Positions 27,607 to 37,488 of a stretch of DNA of 64,000 bases are shown here, in pieces. The position numbers and the translations under genes are program-made. The notes below the pieces were generated by a model that worked only from the letters and a program-made list of their open reading frames with translations, made no database searches and had not been told where the DNA came from. The DNA comes from an uncultured Deferribacteres bacterium. GTDB lineage: Bacteria > Zhuqueibacterota > Zhuqueibacteria > Zhuqueibacterales > Geothermadaptataceae. The stretch lies in assembly GCA_964014485.1 (NCBI GenBank), contig CAXHAT010000002.1, forward strand, positions 1-64,000, written 5' to 3'. Position 1 is the stretch's first letter, and each line of letters opens with the position of its first letter.

Positions 27607-30600
27607 ATGATGAAAAATGAAAGCAATGGCGCCTTGAGCAAGCTCAGCGATTTTATTTCCAAACTCACTGACGCAAATCATACATTGCTTGCAAATTATC
27701 ATCATTCAGAAAAGCGCATCGTTTGCGAATTTTGCACAAAGACATGCGACAAAACACATGCATCAAATTGTTCGTTCAGTTTGGTAAGCGCTTCAGGCAG
27801 AACTCAAACTTATTTTGAAACGGGCTTTTCTAAAGGAGTCGTTTATTCTCCGAAAAAGGGAGAAATATTTGAAACGGAAACCAAGATTTTCCCATTGGTC
27901 GAAAGGGAAGCGCCGCCGTTTAATACGATTATACTTGAATTGTCTGGGAATCGCGACTTTGGGGAATCGGAAATCAGCCTCATGCATATCGCAGCTTATT
28001 TTGCGATAGACGCATTAGAGCGCGATGCTAACAATCTTCGCATGATTGAAAAATTGAATTTGTTATCCCACGCAAGCAACGGCCTTCTGAAGCAGGTCGA
28101 ACACACGCAACTTACTCGAAAACTCGACGACATTGTGAAGACGGCCGCACTGGCGTTGGATGCTGAATTATGCACGCTTTGGCGCGTGCGAAACGGAAGC
28201 GTCGCTATAGAAACGAGTTATTCGCAGAGCGGAAAAGTCTTAGCGTCTGAATCTGAGTTTTCCCCCATCGCGCCTACGCCTGAAGACGGTATAACGGGTT
28301 ACATTGTCAATGAACTCGCGGAGAAAAAAGCGCCTGTTTACATCAACAAAAAGCAGCTTGACAAGCTTAAACGGGAGCGTTCGCGAAAATATTTGAAACC
28401 GGTTGATTTTACGAAATCCGCTGACACATACTGCGAATTGGCTTCTCCTATTCTCGACGACGGCGGGCGTCTTGTCGGGGCGCTTTTGGCTTACAACAAG
28501 CTGAACGCCGAAGGCGAGCCAATTCAAGGTTGCGGGTTCGACGAAAAACTTGATGGCCCGTTGGTCAAGATCCTCTGTTCCAAAATACACATCGCTTTGC
28601 AGAACGCAGATCAAGTACGAGACCTTAACAGTTACAAACTCATCATTGAAAGCACCCCGGACCCGGTCATTATCTCTGACCGTACCGGGCGGATTACTTA
28701 TATCAATCCGGGCGCTTTCAATATTTTCGGCGATTTAAAAGGGAAAAATGTTCTCACCCAGTATGTTGACAAAGACGGACAAATTAATGAGACTGAAGCC
28801 AGAGACGTCAGGCGGAATCTGTTAAATTCGCCCAAGAAACGACTGACGGATTATGAAACGCATTTCAAGAGCATTTCCGGCGAGATTATCCCTATCAGCT
28901 TGTCTGTCAGTTTGTTGCATGACGAAAACGGCGATGAAGCCGGGACGATTGGAATCGCCAAAGACTTGCGCCGTTTCAAAGCCCTCTCGGACGTCAGTCA
29001 GTCCTTGTTAGAAACGCATGAAGCGGATGAAATCCTTGAGAGCATCACGGTCTTTTCGCGAGAACTGCTGAACTGCAAACGCGCTTATATCAAAACATAT
29101 AAAGAACGAGACAATACGCTGGCTTTTCGGGAAATCAGCTCAGAAATTTCCGGGGAAAAGCTGCCTGTTCTCTCTACTCCTGTGGCGGCTGGCATGACAG
29201 GCTATGCCTTCGAAAATAATCAGTCCGTAATGGCCGGCAATCTCAGCAAAGAGCCGCTCTATGATTATGACCCCGTTTTTCCCAACGTTGAATCAAAATT
29301 AGCTGCGCCAATTGCGTGCGAGGACGGGACCACGGGTGAAATTCGAAGGCTGGGCGTTATCAGTGTTGACAGCGAGGAAATAGACGCATTCACGAGCAGC
29401 GACCTGGCTTTTCTACGGACGTTGGCAAGCAGCGCGGCGATCGCTCTGAAAAATGCCGAAACAATCCAGACGCAACAAAAAAGCATTGCCCGGCTGGCCG
29501 CTTTTGACAGAGTTCAGCAAGCGACCTTGCAAGAACAGCCGGATCAGGATCAAATATACGACGCTTTGCTGGATGCGGCTGTTGATACATTGGGGTTTGG
29601 CTACGCGGTCGTCGCTACGGTTGACAGAAAAAAGCAAATAATCAAGTCTGTCAAGGGTCGAAATATCCCGCATGATTTTCTTGAAAGTCCGGCTCATCAT
29701 CTCAACAGTAAGGATATCCAAGCCTGGGTGGTCCGGAACAAAGAGAGTGAGTATTTGGACGGCTGGGACGAGCGGCTCGATAAGGAAATTTATGAGAAAT
29801 ACGACCACGAAAACCTCGTTCGCATTTTCATTCCGATTATTGCACGCGGTGAAGTTCTGGGGACGCTAGAAGCTGGCTACCAAAAAGCTGACAAGCAACG
29901 TATTGAAGAGACTGAGATTCACACGCTCAATCAGTTGGTCAACCTTGCGGCCAGCGGCATGGCTCACATCATTTTGCTCACCAAGCTAAAAGAAGATTTG
30001 GCGCTTCGCACTTCGCTTGAGAACCAACTTGAAACGCTTAATCAGGCAATCTTGAAAATCATGGACGCTCAGAACGAGCAAGAAGCCGCAAAAATTATCT
30101 TTTCCAACCTCGAAAAAATCGGTTATAAAAAAGGGCTGTTGTCCCTGATAAACGACGGCACGGGAAAACTCGAAGGGAAATATGCGAACGGGAAGAACTG
30201 GGGCAGGCTGAAAAGCAGGCTCTCCTACGGTTTGTCAGGAAAGAACATTCTCGCTCAGGCGCTCAGAACCCGCTCGCCGATTCTTGCCAAAAACAGCTTA
30301 CAAGACCACCGCTGGAACCGCAAAATCGCGGCGGAATCGAATATCCTTTCCCATTATGTCATTCCCTTGACGGTGCAAAATGAGCCGATTGGCGTGCTGC
30401 AAATAGACCTTTCAGACGACCAGAAATTGGTTCATGGGGACAAGGCGGTTTTTCAGCGGAAAATGCAGATTCTAAATACTTTCGCCAACCAATGCGCCAT
30501 TGCGATTCGGAATATTCGGCAATTCATGATCATCAAAAACCTGGAAACGAATATCGCTGAAACCGCGCATGAATTCCGCAGTCCGCTTCACAATATCATG

Positions 30601-31275
30601 ACGCAGGTCGGGGGGCTGCGAGAGTCGCTTGAACTCGATGAGAACCAGGAAAGCATCTCACAATTCGTCGAAGTGATCGAAGAAGAAATCTATCGTGCGA
30701 AGCGCCAGGTCGATAACTCGTTGCTGCTTACGGAGCATACAAGAGAAGCGATGGAATTCAACTTTCGTGAAGGGCGGATTCAAGACATAGTTCACGTCTG
30801 CGTGGACGCCTACAAGTTGAGAGCGCTAGAGCGCGGCATACGCTTCATCGTCCCCGAGAGCGTTTTGCACCTCAAGCCCTTTGCTTTTGATCACGACCGT
30901 ATGAAGCAGGCGATCACCAATCTCATTGATAACGCCGTAAAATACTCGCACTACCACCAATTTATCCACGTTTCGGGCAATGACGACGGGACGCAAATTA
31001 ATTTGGAAATTGCAGACCGAGGCTTAGGCATTCCGCCCGATCAGTTCGAAACCATTTTTGAAGGATTTCAACGAAGCGATGCAAAAGATGAAATTCGATA
31101 CATCCCGGGAACCGGCCTCGGGCTCAAAATTTCGAAAGAGATCGTTGAGCGCCACGGCGGCCGAATCGCAGTTATGAGCGATCCTTATTCGCGGAACCCT
31201 TTGAAAATTGAACAATTGCAGGATTACAAAACAGTGTTCAGGCTGACGCTCCCCAAAAAACAAAAGAAGAGGTAG
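27607..31275 (+). CDS. Soluble multi-sensor histidine kinase (GAF-PAS-GAF-GAF-GAF-HisKA-HATPase)
   Basis: GAF-type segments (GITGYI, GMTGYA...SKLAAPI, FIPIIARGEVLG, VIPLTVQNEPIG); PAS DPVIISDRTGRITYINP; AHEFRSPL, NAVKY, DRGLGI, GTGLGL; no TM helix seen. Confidence 0.9.
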   Translation: MMKNESNGALSKLSDFISKLTDANHTLLANYHHSEKRIVCEFCTKTCDKTHASNCSFSLVSASGRTQTYFETGFSKGVVYSPKKGEIFETETKIFPLVEREAPPFNTIILELSGNRDFGESEISLMHIAAYFAIDALERDANNLRMIEKLNLLSHASNGLLKQVEHTQLTRKLDDIVKTAALALDAELCTLWRVRNGSVAIETSYSQSGKVLASESEFSPIAPTPEDGITGYIVNELAEKKAPVYINKKQLDKLKRERSRKYLKPVDFTKSADTYCELASPILDDGGRLVGALLAYNKLNAEGEPIQGCGFDEKLDGPLVKILCSKIHIALQNADQVRDLNSYKLIIESTPDPVIISDRTGRITYINPGAFNIFGDLKGKNVLTQYVDKDGQINETEARDVRRNLLNSPKKRLTDYETHFKSISGEIIPISLSVSLLHDENGDEAGTIGIAKDLRRFKALSDVSQSLLETHEADEILESITVFSRELLNCKRAYIKTYKERDNTLAFREISSEISGEKLPVLSTPVAAGMTGYAFENNQSVMAGNLSKEPLYDYDPVFPNVESKLAAPIACEDGTTGEIRRLGVISVDSEEIDAFTSSDLAFLRTLASSAAIALKNAETIQTQQKSIARLAAFDRVQQATLQEQPDQDQIYDALLDAAVDTLGFGYAVVATVDRKKQIIKSVKGRNIPHDFLESPAHHLNSKDIQAWVVRNKESEYLDGWDERLDKEIYEKYDHENLVRIFIPIIARGEVLGTLEAGYQKADKQRIEETEIHTLNQLVNLAASGMAHIILLTKLKEDLALRTSLENQLETLNQAILKIMDAQNEQEAAKIIFSNLEKIGYKKGLLSLINDGTGKLEGKYANGKNWGRLKSRLSYGLSGKNILAQALRTRSPILAKNSLQDHRWNRKIAAESNILSHYVIPLTVQNEPIGVLQIDLSDDQKLVHGDKAVFQRKMQILNTFANQCAIAIRNIRQFMIIKNLETNIAETAHEFRSPLHNIMTQVGGLRESLELDENQESISQFVEVIEEEIYRAKRQVDNSLLLTEHTREAMEFNFREGRIQDIVHVCVDAYKLRALERGIRFIVPESVLHLKPFAFDHDRMKQAITNLIDNAVKYSHYHQFIHVSGNDDGTQINLEIADRGLGIPPDQFETIFEGFQRSDAKDEIRYIPGTGLGLKISKEIVERHGGRIAVMSDPYSRNPLKIEQLQDYKTVFRLTLPKKQKKR

Positions 31276-31277
31276 TT

Positions 31278-31721
31278 ATGACCAAAACGCTATTCGTGGA
31301 GGATGAGCCGAGGGGAGTGAATCCGTACTTTACCGGTCTGAAACGAAGAAGCATAGAGTGTGAGTTAGCCCAAAACTTTGATGAAGCGCTATACAAATTG
31401 GAACGCGGTCGCTACGACCTGGTGTCTTTAGACCTTAACTTCGCTCGCGGCAAAAACAGACTTGCCCAGTTCGATCCGCTTTCCGCGGGCTTAAAGCTTT
31501 TGGAATTGATCCGTGGCGGAAAGATAAAGAACTGCCCGGATGACGTCGTTGTCATTGTCCTAACGGCCTCCAGCAGCAGGTCTGTTGAAAAACAGATTAA
31601 GTCGCTGGGCGTGTTTGAGTATTTGACAAAACCCGTCGATTATCGTTCTGTCATGGCAACGTTCGAGCGAGCTCAAGGGCATTTGCTTGCACAAAAAAGC
31701 TCCGGTCAAAACAATGAATGA
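31278..31721 (+). CDS. Single-domain response regulator
   Basis: LFVEDE, SLD (phospho-Asp), VLTA, TKP; no output domain. Confidence 0.9.
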   Translation: MTKTLFVEDEPRGVNPYFTGLKRRSIECELAQNFDEALYKLERGRYDLVSLDLNFARGKNRLAQFDPLSAGLKLLELIRGGKIKNCPDDVVVIVLTASSSRSVEKQIKSLGVFEYLTKPVDYRSVMATFERAQGHLLAQKSSGQNNE

Positions 31722-34700
31722 TAACCCATTTGTTTTTAATCAACCTGTTGATCCCAAAAACAATCGTTCGGTTTTTTTTCATCGCGAACGCAGCTTGAAA
31801 AAGGCCGTTCTGAATATCCAGGCAGGCGAATGGCTTCTGATCACCGGGCCTCGGAAGTGCGGTAAATCCAGCTTTATCCGACAATTGCACAGCCTGCTCG
31901 GTGAGTATGGTTCTGGAGCATTTTGCTGCGTTGTAGAAAATACGGGAGCTCTGCTCTCGGATGATTTTAGCAAATTCGCCGACGACTTAATTGCAAAACT
32001 TGGAAAAACCTTAAAGCTTCAATCCTCTGCTAAAAAGCGACTTTTCAACGATTCGACCGACCTTAAGACTGCGCTTGCTGACCTCATTAAACTCACGAGC
32101 GCTAAAACGAGAATCGTCATCGTAATTGACGGTTTTGAGAATGCTTCATCCAAATTTGCTCGCGAACTGTTTGCTCAAATATCCAGAATTTTTTGTTCGC
32201 TTCCCGCCGAGCCGGATTTGCGAAAAATTCAATTCATATTTTCAGGAAGTTTTTCAAGCGAGAACATTAGCCTGGAAGATGAAGGCTTCCTTCGAGAATC
32301 TTCAACGACAATTGAGCTGAAAGACGTCGGTTTCAGCGAAAGCAACAGGATGCTGGAGAAGGTTTGCGCGCGGTACGATATCACGCTCGAACCGGGCTTT
32401 ACACGATTGATTTATGAAGAAACCCAAGGCACGCCCTACCTGATTCAGAGAATATGCAGCGCCATCGTCGAAAACGCGCTATTGAGCCGTAAATCGCCGG
32501 TTTTTGCAAAACAGGAAGCTGAGAAGGTTCTCTCAGAGTTTGTTAAAAACGGCGACGCTTTGCTCGAAAAAATTGTAAGAACTGTAGAACAAAGCCAATC
32601 GCTGCTCAAGTCGTTGGTCAGATTTTTCTCGAACAGTGCTGTTAAGCAGTCACGATTGGACAGAGAATTAAGCCGGTTGCACGCCCTCGGCGCTCTCAGT
32701 TTTAATAGCGGCGTTTTCAGGTTTCGAAACCCGCTGTTTGCAAGATTTTTTCAAGGGTATTTTACGACTGAGCGATTGACGAAAATTTATATTTCACATC
32801 GCGACTTTTTGGCTGCAGGAAAAACTCAGGCCGCCTCTCAAGCTGCGCATCAAAATGCTGAAGACGCTCTGCAAAGCTTGCTGGCAAACGCCCAACGTTT
32901 CGAAGAAATTTCGAACAGCTCTGGTTTGATCGAAAAGGTTTTGACCGTCTTTTTGAAGTCGATTGAAGGCGCGCATCATTGTGGATTATTCGTATTCGAT
33001 GAATTAAGCAAGAAAATTCATGTAAAGGACATGGTTGGCCCGGCGACAAAAGCGCTCAAAGGTTTCAGGGCTAGATTTGGAGAAGGGGTCACTGGAGCGG
33101 TGTTCCAAACCGGAAAAGCGCGGATCATTAAAGATGTAACGGATGAAATTGAAACGCCGGATTTCATCGTACGTCAGGAAGCTGAACGTTTGAACCTGGG
33201 AGCAATGGCCTCACTCCCTCTGGTTGCTCACGGTGAGGTTTTCGCCGTCGTCAATTTGTGTCTAAGCAAACCTTACGTCATCACGCCTAGTGATGAGAAA
33301 CTGTTGAAGACCATGGCGTACCAGGCAAGTCTTGTGCTTCAGAATTTTCCAGCCAGAATGAACGAAAATTCTCGGCGGCTTGAAATGCTTGAACAAGTTT
33401 TTGAAGCCGTCAACACTCACATTGATTCAGAAATCGCCTTCAATCACATCCTGACGGCTTTTGCTAAAATGCGGAATCAAAAAACGGTTTTTGTAGCATG
33501 GCAAGAGCAGAGTAACTTGGTGTGGCGTTTCAAATTTAATCTCGAGGAGGCTGACGTTTCTGCTTCATTGAGTTTGGGGATGAACTCAATCGACAGTCGC
33601 CCGTTAGGAAGCGCGGAAGCGTTGCTTGGCGCTGCCAAGAAAGTTTTGAAAGAAGGACGCCCAGGGTATAATGTTTCTGAATGGCGGTGGGTTCAGTTCG
33701 CTCAGGCCTGGCCGATTAAGTGCGATTCCGACAGGGTTGGTTATCTCGTCGCAGCTTCGCCTCGCAAACGAAAAACGTCTCGGTTTGAAGCCGGACTATT
33801 TGCATTGTTGGCCCAAATGTGCGCGGCTGTTATTTCCAAAAAACGAATCTACAACGTTGCGCGCAAAAAGACGGACCAGTTTGTGAGTCTTGCCGGGGTC
33901 GGTGAATTTATTAGCAAACAATTGAATGAGAAAGAATTGTTAGGACGCATTGCCCAGGCAGGATTAGATGCTATAGACGGGGTTAATAAGAGCGTTCAGG
34001 TCCTGCTCAAAGAGAACGAGAAAGAGCAGTTGGTCGTGAAGGCGGTTCAAGGGGGGAGCTCTTGTGCTCTAAAAGTCGATGACGTTGTGCCTTTTTCTGA
34101 TGATACGCCGTTAACGCGAGCACTACGAGAAAAAGAGCTTCAGCTTTCAAAGCCAAACAATCGAAAAGGAGCTACTGATAGAAAGGAGCAAGAAGACACT
34201 TCTGAATTTGCCGCGCCGATTGTTTTTCAAGAGGAGGTTTTGGGCGTTATTTCCGCCAAGAGCCGGGGACGAACCGACGCTCGCGAATTGAACAAGGAAT
34301 CTTTGCAAGCCTTGTCGCGAAATGCGGCAATCGCAATCAAGGTCGCGGATCTGTGCGGTAACCAGCTTCGTGAGCTTCAAGTTTTGTATGGAACGGGACA
34401 GAAAATCGTGGTGATGCGCAACATAGATCAGATTTTGAGAACGATCTGTCTCTCGGCGCTGCGAGCTTTTGGCAGTCACGAGCGTCTGGTTTCGATTTAT
34501 CTTCTTTATGAAGCGGACAATCGGATCGCCCGCAAGTTTAGTCGAGGATTCAAACGCAAATATAATGGCGATACGCAGGTCCGATTAGAGCAAAACGCGT
34601 TCTATGAGCTTGTTGTGAATAGACGCAAGCGCGTGTTTATTCCAGATATCAGCATCGGCCCCAAATTCCGGCCCAGCTCGCCGGACATAAAGTCCGCCTT

Positions 34701-36009
34701 GGTTGTGCCAATTTTGATAAATAGTCCGGCAAATGGATTCGTTGTCATGGAAAGCGAAATTGAGGATGACTTTGGCGACGCAGAATTTAGACTCCTGAAG
34801 GGATTGGCCGACCAGGCAGGCATTGCAATTGAAAATGCAATGCTAAAAAAAGAATTGGCCCAAACACAAACAGCGTTCGAGCTTGCGGCAATTGAAGAAG
34901 CGTTTGCCGAGATCGCGCACGACATTCGCAACGTTTCTACCATGATTAGCGGTGAAACGCAATGGCTTGTGAAAAACCAAAAGGACGGCGTTGTTAGTTT
35001 TGCGGAGGTAGAAGCCGCCGCCTTGAAAATTGAAGCGCAAGTCAAAAGAATCGAAACTTTGGCGAACCCCGCGGATCATATGCACAAGCTGCCGCCTGTG
35101 TTAAAGCCGGTAGATATTGGCGATTTGTTAAATGAAGCGATTGCGCTTGTTGAAACTTCTGCGCACGAAGATGGGATAAGAATCAGATTAATTCAGCGCG
35201 GTGTTAAAACAAAAATGCCTGCCGACGGCCATAGATTGGTTCGCGCCTTCTTCAATATTTTAAAAAATGCTGTGGATGCAAGCCCTCCGGGCGGGGCTAT
35301 TAAGATTTCCGTGATGCAAACGGAAAATGAGTTCGTTGTGCAATTCGTCGATTCCGGTAAAGGTATCGATGAAGAAATACAGCATAAAATCTTTACGCCG
35401 CTTTTCACAACAAAAACCACTGGTTCCGGTCTCGGACTTTCTTTGACCAGGCGCATTATTGAGCGTGATCACGGCGGAAGCCTGAGCGTTGAAAGCAACT
35501 TGGGCGCGGGGACGACGGTTTGCGTATCACTGCCAATCAAACCTCAAAAAAAACGAGAAGAGAAATTGATTGATCCGATCGTTTCTATGCCCGGTCAAAC
35601 TGATGTCGGCGGTTTAAAGGTGCAGCATAAACATATTCTTGTTGTCAACGATGAAACGGACTTGCTGCAAAGAATTCAACATACGCTGCAAGATTCCGGT
35701 TTTATGACGACGGGGATGGAGCGTGGCGCTGAAGCGGTGAAACTCTGCAAGAAAAAACGCTACGATCTTGTTTTGATGGATTTTGATCTCAAGAAAGACA
35801 CGAGTGAAAACAGGAACGCTTCGGACTTTCTTCCTGAAATCCGCAATTTGCTGCCCGAAACGCCTATAATTATCACTTCAGCTTCGGTGTCGAAGAATGA
35901 ATTGCCGCGAAAAAACTATAACAGCTTTTTGGAAATTAATTCGACCTTTTGGACTCAATTGAGTTGCATTGTGGACGATTTTCTGCATAATAGTGCGAAA
36001 GGAGCTTAA
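31714..36009 (+). CDS. STAND-like P-loop NTPase fused to GAF domains, a histidine kinase and an atypical receiver
   Basis: NPFVFNQPV...FFHRE, Walker A GPRKCGKS, Walker B IVIVIDG, GxP TQGTPYLIQRIC; several GAFs; IAHDIRN, NAVDA, DSGKGI, GSGLGL; REC ILVVNDE...LMD. Start assigned to ATG 31714, overlapping the upstream stop. Confidence 0.85.
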   Translation: MNDNPFVFNQPVDPKNNRSVFFHRERSLKKAVLNIQAGEWLLITGPRKCGKSSFIRQLHSLLGEYGSGAFCCVVENTGALLSDDFSKFADDLIAKLGKTLKLQSSAKKRLFNDSTDLKTALADLIKLTSAKTRIVIVIDGFENASSKFARELFAQISRIFCSLPAEPDLRKIQFIFSGSFSSENISLEDEGFLRESSTTIELKDVGFSESNRMLEKVCARYDITLEPGFTRLIYEETQGTPYLIQRICSAIVENALLSRKSPVFAKQEAEKVLSEFVKNGDALLEKIVRTVEQSQSLLKSLVRFFSNSAVKQSRLDRELSRLHALGALSFNSGVFRFRNPLFARFFQGYFTTERLTKIYISHRDFLAAGKTQAASQAAHQNAEDALQSLLANAQRFEEISNSSGLIEKVLTVFLKSIEGAHHCGLFVFDELSKKIHVKDMVGPATKALKGFRARFGEGVTGAVFQTGKARIIKDVTDEIETPDFIVRQEAERLNLGAMASLPLVAHGEVFAVVNLCLSKPYVITPSDEKLLKTMAYQASLVLQNFPARMNENSRRLEMLEQVFEAVNTHIDSEIAFNHILTAFAKMRNQKTVFVAWQEQSNLVWRFKFNLEEADVSASLSLGMNSIDSRPLGSAEALLGAAKKVLKEGRPGYNVSEWRWVQFAQAWPIKCDSDRVGYLVAASPRKRKTSRFEAGLFALLAQMCAAVISKKRIYNVARKKTDQFVSLAGVGEFISKQLNEKELLGRIAQAGLDAIDGVNKSVQVLLKENEKEQLVVKAVQGGSSCALKVDDVVPFSDDTPLTRALREKELQLSKPNNRKGATDRKEQEDTSEFAAPIVFQEEVLGVISAKSRGRTDARELNKESLQALSRNAAIAIKVADLCGNQLRELQVLYGTGQKIVVMRNIDQILRTICLSALRAFGSHERLVSIYLLYEADNRIARKFSRGFKRKYNGDTQVRLEQNAFYELVVNRRKRVFIPDISIGPKFRPSSPDIKSALVVPILINSPANGFVVMESEIEDDFGDAEFRLLKGLADQAGIAIENAMLKKELAQTQTAFELAAIEEAFAEIAHDIRNVSTMISGETQWLVKNQKDGVVSFAEVEAAALKIEAQVKRIETLANPADHMHKLPPVLKPVDIGDLLNEAIALVETSAHEDGIRIRLIQRGVKTKMPADGHRLVRAFFNILKNAVDASPPGGAIKISVMQTENEFVVQFVDSGKGIDEEIQHKIFTPLFTTKTTGSGLGLSLTRRIIERDHGGSLSVESNLGAGTTVCVSLPIKPQKKREEKLIDPIVSMPGQTDVGGLKVQHKHILVVNDETDLLQRIQHTLQDSGFMTTGMERGAEAVKLCKKKRYDLVLMDFDLKKDTSENRNASDFLPEIRNLLPETPIIITSASVSKNELPRKNYNSFLEINSTFWTQLSCIVDDFLHNSAKGA

Positions 36010-36060
36010 CTAAACCCAGCCGAGTGTTGGGAAAAGGGGTACAGGGGTAAGAGGGGCCGC

Positions 36061-37437
36061 ATGAGTTACTATAAATTGCTCATCGTTGACGATGAAGCCG
36101 GAATCAGGGAGCAGCTTCTTCGCTGGCTAAACAATGAGGGCTTTTCAGCCGAGCAAGCAGCCGCGGGACAGGAAGCGCTCAACCTGCTCAAGAAGCGAAA
36201 TTTCAATATCGTTTTGCTCGATTTGCGACTGCCGGACATGAGCGGATTTCGAATCCTTGAAGAAATCCGTAAAAGTTATCCGGATATTTGTACGATCGTT
36301 TTGACTGGTTACGGCAATGATGCGTCGCTTCAGGAAGCGCGGAAGGCGGGAGCTTTCGATTTTTTGACCAAGCCGTTTCAATTTTCCGATTTGGGGGGAA
36401 GGATTGACGCCGCCATGCGTCAATTCATGAAGCACAGAGAAGTTGAATCGCAAACGGAAGAGCAGCGACGTCATTTCCAATTTGAAAATATCATTGGCGA
36501 AAGCCCGGCTATGCAGCAGGTCTACGACAAAATAAAGACCGTTGCACCCACCGATGAAACAGTCCTCATTCTCGGAGAAAGCGGCACCGGCAAAGAGCTT
36601 GTCGCGGGAGCCATTCACTACAACAGCCGACGCAGGCAACATCGTCTGATCATGGAAAATTGCAGCGTCATTCAGGCGAATCTCGTTGAAAGCGAATTGT
36701 TCGGGCATGAGAAAGGCGCTTTTACCAGCGCCTCGGCAAGAAAGATCGGCAAATTTGAGTTGGCGCACGAGAAGAGTCTTTTTCTCGACGAAATCGGAGA
36801 ACTCTCACTCGCTTTACAAGTGAAGTTTTTACAGTTCTTGCAGTATAGGACTTTTGAAAGAGTGGGCGGCAACGAGCCCATTCAGGTTGATGTTCGCGTT
36901 ATCGCTGCAACCAACAAAGACTTGCCCGAGGCCGTGGAAAACAAAGAATTCCGCGAAGACCTTTTTTATCGTTTGGATCGATTTTCTATTCGCGTTCCTC
37001 CGCTCAGGGAAAGGGTTTCAGACATTCCGCTTTTAGTTAATCATTTTATCAAGAAGGCTAATAGGCGCAATAATCAAAACGTCGAGGGCGTTTCGGACAG
37101 CGCGCTAGACCTTTTGCAGAGCCATGATTATCCGGGAAACGTTCGAGAACTGGAAAATATTATCGTGCAAGCGATGCTCTACAACACAAAGCCGATCATA
37201 CAAGCGGATACAATTCGAAGCTGCATTCGGCCGAGCAAGGCGATGAACGGTAAAATGCACTTTCACGACATGGCTTATCGCGAAGCAAAGGAAATATTTG
37301 AGCGTGCCTATTTTGCGCAAATGCTTGAATTAACAAACGGCAACATTTCTCGCGGCGCGATCAAGGCTGGATTGGACAGGACGTGGTTTCGTAAAAAGCT
37401 GAAAGAACTGGGGCTTTGGACCGGGGGGGCTGATTGA
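36061..37437 (+). CDS. NtrC/AtoC-family sigma54-dependent response regulator
   Basis: REC (IVDDE, LLD, TKP), GESGTGKE, ESELFGHEKGAFTSA, LFLDEIG, REDLFYRL, PGNVREL, Fis-like HTH. Confidence 0.95.
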   Translation: MSYYKLLIVDDEAGIREQLLRWLNNEGFSAEQAAAGQEALNLLKKRNFNIVLLDLRLPDMSGFRILEEIRKSYPDICTIVLTGYGNDASLQEARKAGAFDFLTKPFQFSDLGGRIDAAMRQFMKHREVESQTEEQRRHFQFENIIGESPAMQQVYDKIKTVAPTDETVLILGESGTGKELVAGAIHYNSRRRQHRLIMENCSVIQANLVESELFGHEKGAFTSASARKIGKFELAHEKSLFLDEIGELSLALQVKFLQFLQYRTFERVGGNEPIQVDVRVIAATNKDLPEAVENKEFREDLFYRLDRFSIRVPPLRERVSDIPLLVNHFIKKANRRNNQNVEGVSDSALDLLQSHDYPGNVRELENIIVQAMLYNTKPIIQADTIRSCIRPSKAMNGKMHFHDMAYREAKEIFERAYFAQMLELTNGNISRGAIKAGLDRTWFRKKLKELGLWTGGAD

Positions 37438-37448
37438 AGCTGAACTTG

Positions 37449-37478
37449 AGCGCGGCGACCATGCGCCGTCGCGCTTTT
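37449..37478 (+). terminator. Probable intrinsic terminator of the signalling operon
   Basis: agcgcggcg...cgtcgcgct hairpin followed by a short T run. Confidence 0.55.
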
Positions 37479-37488
37479 GAAAAGGCGA

